A stretch of 64,000 bases of DNA from Solirubrobacter sp. GTDB taxonomy: Bacteria; Actinomycetota; Thermoleophilia; Solirubrobacterales; Solirubrobacteraceae. Within the stretch, counting starts at the first letter, position 1; each line of letters starts with the position of its first letter. The notes below the pieces were generated by a model. The model searched no databases and was not told the origin of the DNA. It saw nothing but the letters and a program-made list of their open reading frames with translations. The position numbers were made by a program, and so were the translations under genes. The stretch covers positions 61,442-125,441 of the forward strand of contig DATMGH010000067.1 in the NCBI GenBank assembly GCA_035555675.1. The letters are read 5' to 3'. Positions 7,007-16,522 of this stretch are shown piece by piece.

Positions 7007-9558
7007 CGTCCCTCGCACTCCGAGGCCTGCTGACCCGCAAGCTGCGGTCGGTCCTGACCGGGTTCGCGGTCGTGATCGGCGTCGCGTTCGTGGTCGGCAC
7101 GCTCGTATTCACCGACACGATCAACGCGTCGTTCACGAACCTGTTCGAGCGCACCCAGCAGGGCGTCGACGTCGCGATCGAGGCCCACCAGGCGGTCAAG
7201 GCGGACTTCTCGGCGCCGCCGACGATGCCGTCCGCCACGCTCGACAAGGTCAAGGCCACGCCGGGCGTCGACGTCGCCGAGGGCAGCGTCAGCTCCGACG
7301 GCACGCTGCTGGACAAGCAGGGCAAGCCGATCACCTCCACCGGCCCGCCGACGCTGATCGTCTCGGAGTCGACCGAGAAGGTCTTCCAGATCCTCGACTA
7401 CGTCAGCGGCGGGCGTCCGCAGGGCGCCGACCAGGTCGCGATCGACCGCGGCACGGCGAAGAAGTACGGCTTCAAGGTCGGTGACACGGTCACCGTGACC
7501 TCGCACGAGCCGGCCAAGCAGTACAAGGTCTCCGGGATCGCGACGCTCGACGGCAAGGACAACCTGGCCGGCGCGCGGCTGGTCGTGATGACGCTGCCCG
7601 AGGCGCAGCGGATGACCGGGCACGACGGCTACGACTCGATCTCGGTCTCGACCGGCCACAACGACCCGGACCAGGTCAAGGCCGCGCTCAAGAAGGAGCT
7701 CGGTCCGGACTTCCTGGTGCGCACGGGCAAGGAGGCGGCCAAGGAGCAGGCGCAGGACCTGTCGGACGCGCTCGGCTTCATCCGCACGGCGCTGCTGGTC
7801 TTCGCCGGCGTCGCGCTGCTGGTCGGCGGCTTCTTGATCTTCAACACGTTCACGGTCACCGTCGCGCAGCGCACGAAGGAGTTCGCGCTGCTGCGCGTGC
7901 TCGGCGCGTCGCGCCGCCAGGTGCTGCGCTCGGTGCTGCTGGAGACGCTGATCGTCGGCCTGGTGGCGTCGATCCTCGGCGTGCTGGTCGGGATCGCGCT
8001 CGCGCCCGCGCTGGCGGCGATGCTCAAAGCCTTCGGGATCGACCTGGGCACGACCGGCCTGGTGATCGCGCCGGGCACGATCGTGACGGGCATCATCGTC
8101 GGCGTCCTGGCGACGATGATCTCCGGGTTCGTGCCCGCCCGGCGCGCGACCCGCGTCGAGCCGATCACCGCGATGCGCGACAGCGCCACGCCCGGCATCG
8201 GGCACCTGCGGCGGCGGCGCATCATCGGGTCGATCGCGCTCATGGGCTGCGGCCTGCTGGCGCTGTTCTACGGGCTCTTCGGCGGCATCGACTCGACGTC
8301 CGCCGCCGCGTCGCTGCTGGGCCTCGGCGCGCTGCTGATGATGTTCGGCTTCGCGTTCCTGGCGCCGCTGCTGGTGCGCCCGCTGGCGCGGGCGATCGGG
8401 GCGCCGCTGGCCCGCATGCAGGGGCTCACCGGCGTGCTGGCGCGCGAGAACGCGATCCGCCAGCCGCAGCGCACGGCGGTCACCGCCGCGGCGCTGATGG
8501 TCGGGCTCGCGCTGGTCGTGCTCGTCACCGTGTTCGCGGCCGGCATCCGGGCCTCGGTCGACAACGCGATCGACAAGCAGGTCACGGCGTCGGTGATGGT
8601 GATGGCGCAGGACGGCTTCTCGCCGGTGCCGGTCGGCGCGGCGGAGACCGTCGCGAAGGTCGACGGCGTGCGCGACGTGTCGCCGGTGCGCTTCTCGACC
8701 GGCATCCTCAAGGGCGACGGGGACGCGACGACGCCGGTCACGGGCGTCGACCCGGCGACCGTCGGCTCGGTCCTCAAGCTCGACTGGGAGAAGGGCGACG
8801 CGCAGACGCTGCGCTCGCTGACCGACCAGCAGGCGCTGGTCGACGGCAACTGGGCGAAGTCCAAGAAGGTCGGCGTGGGCGACACGCTGGACTTCACCAC
8901 GCCCGCGGGCAAGCACGTCAGCTACGAGATCGCGGGGGTCTTCAAGAACCAGGCGGGGCTGACCTCGTCGGTGATCCTGACGGGCGCGTCGCTCGCGGCC
9001 TCGTGGAACTCGACCGACCTGGCGTTCGTCGCCGCCGCCGGCGATCCCGGCGTCAAGCCGGCGGAGCTGGCCAAGCGCGCGGACGTGGCGCTGAAGGCGT
9101 TCCCGCAGACCGACGCGCTCACGATCAAGGAGTTCAAGGACAAGCAGAACCAGTCGATCAACGGCCTGCTCGGGCTCGTGTTCGCGCTGCTGTCGCTGTC
9201 GGTGATCGTGGCGCTGCTCGGGATCGTGAACACGCTGGCGCTGTCGGTGCACGAGCGCACGCGTGAGCTCGGGATGCTGCGGGCGGTCGGCATGAGCCGG
9301 CGTCAGGTGCGGCGCATGGTGCGCTCGGAGTCGGTGATCACGGCCGGGATCGGGGCGGTGCTCGGCACCGTGCTCGGGCTCGTGTTCTCGGTCATCGTCT
9401 CGCGCCCGCTGGCCGACGAGGGCTTCGTCTTCGTGCTCCCGTACGGGTGGCTGATCGTGTTCTTCATCCTGGCGGGGATCGCGGGCGTCGTGGCCGCGAT
9501 CCCGCCCGCGCGGCGGGCCGCGAAGGTCGACGTGCTGAGGGCGGTGACGACGGAGTAG
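7003..9558 (+). CDS. FtsX/MacB-family ABC permease (duplicated permease domains)
   Basis: Two FtsX-like C-terminal units (QRTKEFALLRVLGA; ERTRELGMLRAVGM); GTGA overlap with the ATPase. Confidence 0.93.
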   Translation: MTSLALRGLLTRKLRSVLTGFAVVIGVAFVVGTLVFTDTINASFTNLFERTQQGVDVAIEAHQAVKADFSAPPTMPSATLDKVKATPGVDVAEGSVSSDGTLLDKQGKPITSTGPPTLIVSESTEKVFQILDYVSGGRPQGADQVAIDRGTAKKYGFKVGDTVTVTSHEPAKQYKVSGIATLDGKDNLAGARLVVMTLPEAQRMTGHDGYDSISVSTGHNDPDQVKAALKKELGPDFLVRTGKEAAKEQAQDLSDALGFIRTALLVFAGVALLVGGFLIFNTFTVTVAQRTKEFALLRVLGASRRQVLRSVLLETLIVGLVASILGVLVGIALAPALAAMLKAFGIDLGTTGLVIAPGTIVTGIIVGVLATMISGFVPARRATRVEPITAMRDSATPGIGHLRRRRIIGSIALMGCGLLALFYGLFGGIDSTSAAASLLGLGALLMMFGFAFLAPLLVRPLARAIGAPLARMQGLTGVLARENAIRQPQRTAVTAAALMVGLALVVLVTVFAAGIRASVDNAIDKQVTASVMVMAQDGFSPVPVGAAETVAKVDGVRDVSPVRFSTGILKGDGDATTPVTGVDPATVGSVLKLDWEKGDAQTLRSLTDQQALVDGNWAKSKKVGVGDTLDFTTPAGKHVSYEIAGVFKNQAGLTSSVILTGASLAASWNSTDLAFVAAAGDPGVKPAELAKRADVALKAFPQTDALTIKEFKDKQNQSINGLLGLVFALLSLSVIVALLGIVNTLALSVHERTRELGMLRAVGMSRRQVRRMVRSESVITAGIGAVLGTVLGLVFSVIVSRPLADEGFVFVLPYGWLIVFFILAGIAGVVAAIPPARRAAKVDVLRAVTTE

Positions 9559-9630
9559 CCGCGCGTGACCCGCGTTGACGTCGCGGCGCGCGCGAACCCG
9601 AACACCGCCGTCCGCTGATCGCCCGCACCG

Positions 9631-9655
9631 CCCGGGAGCCGCATGGGCTCCCGGG
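9631..9655. terminator. Perfect 10-bp stem hairpin after the ABC permease (possible terminator or REP)
   Basis: CCCGGGAGCC-GCATG-GGCTCCCGGG; no U-tract. Confidence 0.5.
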
Positions 9656-9677
9656 CCGGCGCGGTCGCTAGCCTCGG

Positions 9678-11084
9678 GTGGCGAAAGTGCGGCGCCGCCT
9701 CCCGTTCATCCTGCTCGCGCTCGTGGTGCTCACGTCGTTCGGGCTCAACGCCCGTGTCGCGGCGAACCCGCGTTCGGCGTACGAGTCCGAGGACGAGCGC
9801 GCCTACGGCAAGCTCGCGGTCAACATCGCCGACCAGCACGCGTACGGCGGGTACTCGACGCACATGAAGGAGCCCCGGCGCTGGCCGCCGGGCGCGCCGC
9901 TGCTGTTCGCGGCGGGGTACAAGCTGTTCGGCTCGCCGGACGAGGCGAAGTCCTTCGACATCCGCGCCGTCTACTGGGAGCAGGCGATCCTGACCACGGG
10001 GACGACGGCGCTGGCGGGGGTGCTGGTGTGGCTGCTCGCGGGGCCGTGGGCGGCCGTGCTGGCGGCCGCGCTGGTCGGCACGTACCCGCCGCTGATCGGG
10101 GCGACCGGCGACCAGCTCTCCGAGCCGTTGGGCGCGTTCCTGGTGATCGCCGCGTTCACGGTGCTGGCGTTCGCGGTGCGGCGAAGGGCCGTGTGGTGGT
10201 GGGCGGGGGCGGGCGCGGTGTTCGGGCTCGCGGTGCTGACGCGCGCGGACCTGCTGCCGGTGCCGTTCGCGGTCGCCGGCCTCGGCGCGCTGATCGTGCT
10301 GGTCCGGGAGCGGGCGTGGCGGCGGGCGCTGCTGACGTGGGGGACGGTCGCCGCGGCGACGGTGGTCGTGCTGGCGCCGTGGACGATCTACGCGTCGCGC
10401 GCCGAGCACCAGTTCATCCCGGTCACCAAGGGCAGCCCGGCCGCGCTGTTCGTCGGCACGTACCTGCCGGGCGGCGGGACGACCGTGGGCATGAAGCGCG
10501 CGCTGGAGCCCGAGCTGCGGGCCAAGCACCCCGGGTTCCGGGACACCAAGGTGTCGATGATCCCGGCGACGTTCGCGCTGAAGATCATCGCCGACCGCCA
10601 TCCGGGGATGCCGCGCGACGAGGCGCTGCAGCGCGAGGCCCGCCACAACCTGTTCCACTACCCGCGCACGCAGCCGCTGGCGTTCGCGAAGATGCAGTGG
10701 GCGAAGGCGAAGCGGATGTGGCTGTTCTACTACCGCGGCGGCGGCGTCCACTACATCTCGACGGCGATGCGGATCTGGCAGGTCGTGCTCGTGCTCGGCT
10801 GCGGTGCCGGGCTGCTGTTCGGGCTGATCCGGCGGCGCGACCCGGTGCTCGGCGCGATCCTGCTGACGATCGCGCTCTCGACCGCCGTGCACACGATCGT
10901 CGTGTCCCAGGCGCGGTACAACCTGCCGCTGATGCCGGCGCTGATCGCGGGCGGCGTCGCGGGGTGGTGGCTGGGGCTGCGCCGTGCGCCGGGCCCCTCG
11001 CCCTCGCCTGCGACGATCCATGAATGGAGCTCGGACAGATCGGCATCTGGCACAGCGCCCGCCGGGGCGGCGTCGACGTCGTAG
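9678..11084 (+). CDS. GT-C-fold (ArnT/PMT-like) polytopic membrane glycosyltransferase
   Basis: DE motif in the first loop (SEDERAY), WPPGAP, many TM helices, QARYNLP C-terminal motif. Confidence 0.75.
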   Translation: MAKVRRRLPFILLALVVLTSFGLNARVAANPRSAYESEDERAYGKLAVNIADQHAYGGYSTHMKEPRRWPPGAPLLFAAGYKLFGSPDEAKSFDIRAVYWEQAILTTGTTALAGVLVWLLAGPWAAVLAAALVGTYPPLIGATGDQLSEPLGAFLVIAAFTVLAFAVRRRAVWWWAGAGAVFGLAVLTRADLLPVPFAVAGLGALIVLVRERAWRRALLTWGTVAAATVVVLAPWTIYASRAEHQFIPVTKGSPAALFVGTYLPGGGTTVGMKRALEPELRAKHPGFRDTKVSMIPATFALKIIADRHPGMPRDEALQREARHNLFHYPRTQPLAFAKMQWAKAKRMWLFYYRGGGVHYISTAMRIWQVVLVLGCGAGLLFGLIRRRDPVLGAILLTIALSTAVHTIVVSQARYNLPLMPALIAGGVAGWWLGLRRAPGPSPSPATIHEWSSDRSASGTAPAGAASTS

Positions 11085-11833
11085 CGGAGGTCGAGGCCCT
11101 CGGGTACGGGGCGTTCTGGCTCGGCGGGAGCCCGTCCGTCGAGCAGGCCCGGGCGTACGTCGAGGCGAGCTCGACGATCCCGGTGGCCACGGGGATCCTG
11201 AACGTGTGGCAGCACGACCCGGCGGACGTCGCCCGCGCCCACGCGGCGCTGACCCGCGACCATCCGGACCGCTTCCTGCTCGGCATCGGCATCGGGCATC
11301 CGGAGGCGACCAGCGACTACACACGGCCGCTGGCGACGATGCGGGAGTTCCTCGACGGGCTCGCGGGCGTTCCACGCGAGCAGCTGGCGATCGCCGCGCT
11401 CGGGCCCAAGATGCTCGACCTGGCCGGTGAGCGCACGCGCGGTACGCACCCGTACTTCGTCGACGTTCAGCACACGCGCTTCGCCCGTGAGCGGCTCGGG
11501 CCCGGTCCGCTTGTCGCGCCCGAGGTCGCGGTGGTGCTGGAGGCGGACGTCTCGACCGCGCGCCGGATCGCGCGCGAGTACGCGGTCACGTACCTGCGGA
11601 TGAGCAACTACACGCGCAACCTGGAGCGGTTCGGCTACACCGAGCGCGATTTCGCCGACGGCGGCAGCGACCGGCTGATCGACGCGGTCATCCCGCACGG
11701 CTCGCCGGAGCGCGTCGCGGACGCGATCCGCGCCCATCTGGCCGCGGGCGCCGACCACGTCTGCGTCCAGCCGCTCGGCCACGGAGACGTCCCGCTCGAG
11801 GATTTCCGGACGCTCGCGGGCGTGCTGCTGTAG
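11024..11833 (+). CDS. LLM-class (probably F420-dependent) oxidoreductase
   Basis: VATGILNVW, RFLLGIGIGH, AALGPKML, HPYF, GADHVCVQ motifs. Confidence 0.88.
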   Translation: MELGQIGIWHSARRGGVDVVAEVEALGYGAFWLGGSPSVEQARAYVEASSTIPVATGILNVWQHDPADVARAHAALTRDHPDRFLLGIGIGHPEATSDYTRPLATMREFLDGLAGVPREQLAIAALGPKMLDLAGERTRGTHPYFVDVQHTRFARERLGPGPLVAPEVAVVLEADVSTARRIAREYAVTYLRMSNYTRNLERFGYTERDFADGGSDRLIDAVIPHGSPERVADAIRAHLAAGADHVCVQPLGHGDVPLEDFRTLAGVLL

Positions 11834-11848
11834 CCGACGTGGCCCCCC

Positions 11849-11905
11849 GCCACGCGAGCGTTGAGTTATCCACCGTCGAGGTAAACAAGTCGACGCTCGC
11901 GTGGC
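11849..11905. repeat. Imperfect inverted repeat between convergent genes (REP-like, possible bidirectional terminator)
   Basis: GCCACGCGAGCGTTGA ... TCGACGCTCGCGTGGC, 15 of 16 complementary; partially paired inner segment GTTATCCACC-GTCGA-GGTAAAC. Confidence 0.8.
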
Positions 11906-11934
11906 GCGCGAACGAGGAAGCCCCTTGCCGGCGG

Positions 11935-13251
11935 TCAGCAGTTCGAAGCGGAGGTCTTCGCGGCGGGCTGCTTGACCGCGCCGGAACGCCGGTAGACGAC
12001 GGTCAGCAACAGGCACAGCAGCGACGCCGCGCCCAGGTAGCCGACCTCGGCGCGCAGCAGCTCGTCGGAGACCACGCCGACCAGCATCCAGACGACGAAC
12101 GCGACCGCGCTGACCAGCCAGGCGACCGCGGCCGAGCTCGCGTGGTCGCGGGCCAGCGCCGCCTGGTTGAGCGTCCCGGCCACGAGGTGCGCGCCCATCC
12201 CGATCGCGACCGCGGCCAGGCCGAAGCGCCCGTACGTCGCGCTGTCGTGGAACAGGATGCTCATCGCGAACGGGCCGAGCAGCAGCAGCCCGAGCGCGAC
12301 GGCGCCGGCGAAACCCGCGATTGCCAGGACCGTGATCCGGATCGCCTTGGTGAACTGTGCACGGCCCTCGGTCGCCTCCAGCCCGGAGAGGTGGGGGAGG
12401 AGCGAGCCCTGGACGGCCTGGAAGAGCTGCAGCGGCGCGCGCGCGATCAGCAGCGCGTTGAAGACGTAGCCGGCGACCGCGGCGTTGGTGGCCGTCAGGT
12501 CCGCGGCCAGGACGCCGCCGTTGAGCAGCGTCTGCTCGGCGATCATGATGCAGAGCACGGCGACCGCGAAGCGCCCGCCGCGGGCGAGGCCGAGCGCCTC
12601 CTCGTCCTCCTCCTGCTTGCGGGCGCTCACGCGCGGCCGGCGCGAGAACGCCCACGGGACGACCACGAGCGAGACGAACGGCGCCGCCGCCATCCCCATC
12701 GCGACGACGGTCTGCCCGGACGCGATCCCGATCGCCACCGCGACCGCGAACAGCAGCCGCGAGGTGGCCTCCATGAACACCAGCGCGCCGTAGAGCGCGA
12801 ACCACTGGTGCCCGGCGAGCCAGCCGCGCGCGAAGTAGCTGGCGGCGTACGCCAGCACCGCGACCACGAGCACCCAGTACAGGGCGGCCGAGCCGTCGAA
12901 CAGGTCGTTCTCGATCGGCCCCTTGAGCGCCAGCGCGACGACCAGGAACGCGAGCGCGAACGCCGCCTGGATCAGCATCGGCGTACGCAGCGGGTGGCCC
13001 TCGTGCAGCCCGCGCGCGCGGCGGTCGGCGATCGTGCGCGAGAGCAGCTGCTCGATCGGCCGGTAGATCACCGAGACGATCACGAACAGGACCGACCACA
13101 GCAGCGAGATCGCCTTGTAGTCGATGTCGTTCAGCGCGTACGAGGCGACGCTGAAGTACGCGAAGGTGACGACCCCGGTCGAGGCGATCCCGACCGAGAG
13201 GATCTTCGCGCCCGTGCCGTATCCAGAAGAGCGCTTGGCGGCGGCGCCCAC
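11935..13251 (-). CDS. Polysaccharide/oligosaccharide flippase (Wzx/MOP-like)
   Basis: About 12 TM helices, RPIEQLLSR and ARAPLQLFQAV..LLP segments; lies within a glycosyltransferase cluster. Confidence 0.75.
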   Translation of the reverse strand: MGAAAKRSSGYGTGAKILSVGIASTGVVTFAYFSVASYALNDIDYKAISLLWSVLFVIVSVIYRPIEQLLSRTIADRRARGLHEGHPLRTPMLIQAAFALAFLVVALALKGPIENDLFDGSAALYWVLVVAVLAYAASYFARGWLAGHQWFALYGALVFMEATSRLLFAVAVAIGIASGQTVVAMGMAAAPFVSLVVVPWAFSRRPRVSARKQEEDEEALGLARGGRFAVAVLCIMIAEQTLLNGGVLAADLTATNAAVAGYVFNALLIARAPLQLFQAVQGSLLPHLSGLEATEGRAQFTKAIRITVLAIAGFAGAVALGLLLLGPFAMSILFHDSATYGRFGLAAVAIGMGAHLVAGTLNQAALARDHASSAAVAWLVSAVAFVVWMLVGVVSDELLRAEVGYLGAASLLCLLLTVVYRRSGAVKQPAAKTSASNC

Positions 13252-13299
13252 GCCTTAGCGCCTAGAAGGTCGGATGATCGGGGCGGGGCGGAGGGGACG

Positions 13300-13929
13300 T
13301 CATACCTTCACCAAAAGCATCGTCCACGGGAACGGCGAGCGAGTCTCTTCGACCGTGCCGTACTGCGACAGCAGCTCCACGAACGACTTCCGGGACCAGT
13401 GGTTGAGGTGCCCCGGCGTATTGCCGAGATCCTTCAGGTACGCGCCGCGCGCCATGTTCAGTCCGCGCCACAGCGGCTCGCGCGGGACGCTCACCAGCAC
13501 GTGCCCGCCGCGCGCCACGCGCGCCATCTCGGCCACCGTGTGCGACGGCTCCGGCACGTGCTCGAGCACCTCGATCGCCGACGCCAGCTCGAACTCGCCG
13601 TCGCCGAACGGCAGGTTCTCGGCCTTCATGATCCGGTACTCGAGGTTCGGCGCCTGGCGCTTGGCCCACTCGGCCTGGATCGACGGGTCCTCGAGGTCCA
13701 CGCCGACGATCCGCCCGTCGCGCAGCCGCTGCGCCCACTTGTGGGTCAGCACGCCCTCGCCGCAGCCGACGTCCAGCACGGTGCGCGGCGACGCCTTCGC
13801 CCACAGCTCGTCGAGCGTGCGCTCGAAGCCGGCCATCAGCTTCTTGACCACCGGGTTGGTGGAGCCGTACTTGTCGTAGGTGTTGCCGGTGACGGTGCCC
13901 TCGGCGTCACGGGTGACGGTCGCGCTCAT
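13300..13929 (-). CDS. Class I SAM-dependent methyltransferase
   Basis: VLDVGCGEG, IEVLEHVPEP, VSVP motifs; ATG overlaps the GT2 stop. Confidence 0.9.
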   Translation of the reverse strand: MSATVTRDAEGTVTGNTYDKYGSTNPVVKKLMAGFERTLDELWAKASPRTVLDVGCGEGVLTHKWAQRLRDGRIVGVDLEDPSIQAEWAKRQAPNLEYRIMKAENLPFGDGEFELASAIEVLEHVPEPSHTVAEMARVARGGHVLVSVPREPLWRGLNMARGAYLKDLGNTPGHLNHWSRKSFVELLSQYGTVEETRSPFPWTMLLVKV

Positions 13930-14972
13930 AGCTTCACGGCCTCGCGGTCTTCGGTCTTGCCGGCGTTCGCGCCGGTCGTCGGGGGCTGGCCCGTCTCGGA
14001 CGCACCGGGCTCGTAGTGCGACGGCGGGATGCCGCTGTGCAGCTCGAGGCGGCGCACGCGCTCGAAGATCCGCTGCAGCATCGTCCGCTGCCCGCTCAAG
14101 AGGTCGCCGATGATCCCGAGCATCGCCAGCACGACCGCGGCGTTGAACAGCACCGCGCCGAGGATCAGCGACTGCACGTGGCCGGCGCCGGAGCCGTCGA
14201 ACCAGCTCACCAGGAAGCGCACCCACACGCCCAGCGCGACGATGCCGAGCACGGCCGCCAGGGTCATGAACACCTTCAGCGGCTCGTACATCGTGTAGAT
14301 GCGGAAGATCGAGACCGTGTTGCGGCGCACGTACTGCCACATCGACTTGAACAGCCGCGACTCGCGCGTCTTGGCGTTCGTCCGGATCGGGACGTGGTCG
14401 ACCGCGACGGTCATCTTGCCCGCCTGGATGATCGTCTCCAGCGTGTACGTGTACTTCGAGACGACCTGGAGCTGGAGCGCGGCTTCGCGGTTGTAGGCGC
14501 GGAAGCCCGACGTCGTGTCCGGCACCGTGGTCTCCGACGCCTGGCGCACGACCCAGGACCCGAACCGCTGCAGGGTCTTCTTGAGCGGCGAGAAGTGCTC
14601 GATCGTCATCACCTGGCGGTCGCCGACCACCATGTCGGCGGTCCCGGCCACGATCGGCTCGACCAGCTTCACGATGTCCGGCCCGTAGTACTGGTTGTCG
14701 GCGTCGGTGTTGACGATCACGTCGGCGCCGAGCTTGAGCGCCGCGTCCAGGCCCGCCTGGAACCCGTTCGCGAGGCCCTTGTTGTTCGTCAGCCGGACGA
14801 TGTGGTCGACGCCGTTGGCGCGCGCGACCTCGACGGTCCGGTCCGTGGAGCCGTCGTCGATGACGAGCCATTCGACGCTGTCGAACCCGGGCACCTCGCG
14901 CGGCAGGTCGGCCAACGTCTCGGGGAGCGTCTGCTCCTCATTCAGGCAGGGGATCTGGATGATCAACTTCAT
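13926..14972 (-). CDS. GT2 glycosyltransferase (polyprenol-phosphate sugar synthase-like, with C-terminal TM helices)
   Basis: IPCLNEE, VIDDGSTDRT, NTDADNQY, DTTSGFRAY; two C-terminal hydrophobic helices. Confidence 0.92.
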   Translation of the reverse strand: MKLIIQIPCLNEEQTLPETLADLPREVPGFDSVEWLVIDDGSTDRTVEVARANGVDHIVRLTNNKGLANGFQAGLDAALKLGADVIVNTDADNQYYGPDIVKLVEPIVAGTADMVVGDRQVMTIEHFSPLKKTLQRFGSWVVRQASETTVPDTTSGFRAYNREAALQLQVVSKYTYTLETIIQAGKMTVAVDHVPIRTNAKTRESRLFKSMWQYVRRNTVSIFRIYTMYEPLKVFMTLAAVLGIVALGVWVRFLVSWFDGSGAGHVQSLILGAVLFNAAVVLAMLGIIGDLLSGQRTMLQRIFERVRRLELHSGIPPSHYEPGASETGQPPTTGANAGKTEDREAVKL

Positions 14973-15010
14973 GCGGACGGGGAAAGACGGTACCGCGCGC
15001 GTCAGACTTC

Positions 15011-16522
15011 ATGGCTTCGATGCAGGGCTCGACGCTCACCCGGCCGCACCCGGGAACCGATTCCGCACGCGTGCCGCCGAGCCCCGGCGAGCGCGGCGGC
15101 CGCCTGTTCAAGATCGTTTTCCTGGTGCTCTGCATCGGGTTCGCGATCGGGTTCTTCGTGTTCCCGACCTACCCGGTCTACGACTCCTACTACTCGCTGC
15201 TGTGGGGCCGCGACCTGCTGCACGGCCACGCGCTCGTGTTCGACGGGTTCCGCTACCCGACCGAGCATCCGCTGGCGATCTTCGCGGGCGCGATCCTGTC
15301 CCTGTTCGGCGGCGTCGGGGACCGCATGTGGGTGGCGCTGATCCTGGCGTCGTTCCTGGTGCTGGTGGCGGGCGTCTACCGGCTCGGGCGGATCGCCGCG
15401 ACGCCGCTGGTCGGCGCGGTCGCCGCGGCGCTGCTGCTGACCCGGTTCGACTACCCGTTCCTGGCCGCGCGCGGCTACATCGACATCCCCTACATGGCGT
15501 TGGTGGTGTGGGCGGCGACGCTGGAGGCGGCGCGCCCGCGGCGCGGGACCTCGGTGCTCGTGCTGCTCTCGCTGGCCGGGATGCTGCGGCCCGAAGCGTG
15601 GTTCTTGAGCGCCATGTACTGGGTCTGGGTGGCCTGGAAAGCGACGTGGCGCCAGCGATTCTTGTACGCGGCGCTGGCCGCGTCCGGGCCGCTGGTCTGG
15701 TTCGCGGTCGACTACCTCGTGACCGGCGATCCGCTGTTCTCGCTGCACTACACCGCGGGCTCGGCCGAGGACCTCGGGCGTCAGCGCCCGCTGTCGCAGC
15801 TCCCGTCCGCGATTCCCCAGTTCCTCGAGAACCTGGTCAAGCTGCCCGTGCTGGCGGCGGCCGTGGTCGGCGGCGCGCTGGGCGTGATCCTGTCGCCGCG
15901 CCGGATGGTCATGCCGCTCGCGCTGCTGGGCGCGGGAATCGCCACGTTCGTCGCGATCGGCGTCGCCGGCGCGTCCGTGATCGAGCGCTACCTGGCCGTG
16001 CCGGCGCTGGCCCTGATGGTGCTGGCGGCGGTCGCGCTCGCGGGCTGGACGATGCTGCTGCGCTCCTGGGTGCGCACGGCGTGGCTGGTCGCCGCGGTGC
16101 TCGTGGTGATCGGCGGCGCGGCCTACACGGGGACGCACCTGAACCTCTCGCGCTTCGACAACGAGCTGCGCTTCCGCGGGCAGGCGCACAACGACCTGAC
16201 CGCGGTGCTGCGCGACCCGAAGGTGCAGGCCGGCCTGCGCTGCGGGCCCCTAACAGGCCCTAACCACAAGATCGTCCCGGACGCGCGCTGGATCGCCGGC
16301 CTCAACGACGGCCAGGTCTGGGCCCGCGCCCAGAGCTACCGCGACGACAAGCGCGCCATGCCGCTGCAGTCGCGCGGCGTCGCGATCGTGGTGACGTCGC
16401 GCTTCGCGATCTTCAAGCACGCCTGGACGGACTCCGCCGACGACGCCCGCATCCAGGTCCCGCCGCCCGGGTTCGAGCGGGTGAAGACAACCCGCTTCTA
16501 CGCCGCCTATGTCCGCTGCTAA
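15011..16522 (+). CDS. Polytopic membrane protein, probable GT-C glycosyltransferase
   Basis: TYPVYDSYYSLLWG, PTEHPL, GMLRPEAW, ERYL motifs; many TM helices. Confidence 0.65.
   Translation: MASMQGSTLTRPHPGTDSARVPPSPGERGGRLFKIVFLVLCIGFAIGFFVFPTYPVYDSYYSLLWGRDLLHGHALVFDGFRYPTEHPLAIFAGAILSLFGGVGDRMWVALILASFLVLVAGVYRLGRIAATPLVGAVAAALLLTRFDYPFLAARGYIDIPYMALVVWAATLEAARPRRGTSVLVLLSLAGMLRPEAWFLSAMYWVWVAWKATWRQRFLYAALAASGPLVWFAVDYLVTGDPLFSLHYTAGSAEDLGRQRPLSQLPSAIPQFLENLVKLPVLAAAVVGGALGVILSPRRMVMPLALLGAGIATFVAIGVAGASVIERYLAVPALALMVLAAVALAGWTMLLRSWVRTAWLVAAVLVVIGGAAYTGTHLNLSRFDNELRFRGQAHNDLTAVLRDPKVQAGLRCGPLTGPNHKIVPDARWIAGLNDGQVWARAQSYRDDKRAMPLQSRGVAIVVTSRFAIFKHAWTDSADDARIQVPPPGFERVKTTRFYAAYVRC

Noticed and set aside
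11866-11874. Replication origin from a DnaA box
   Set aside because: One mismatched box inside a palindrome, with no box cluster, unwinding element or dnaA gene.
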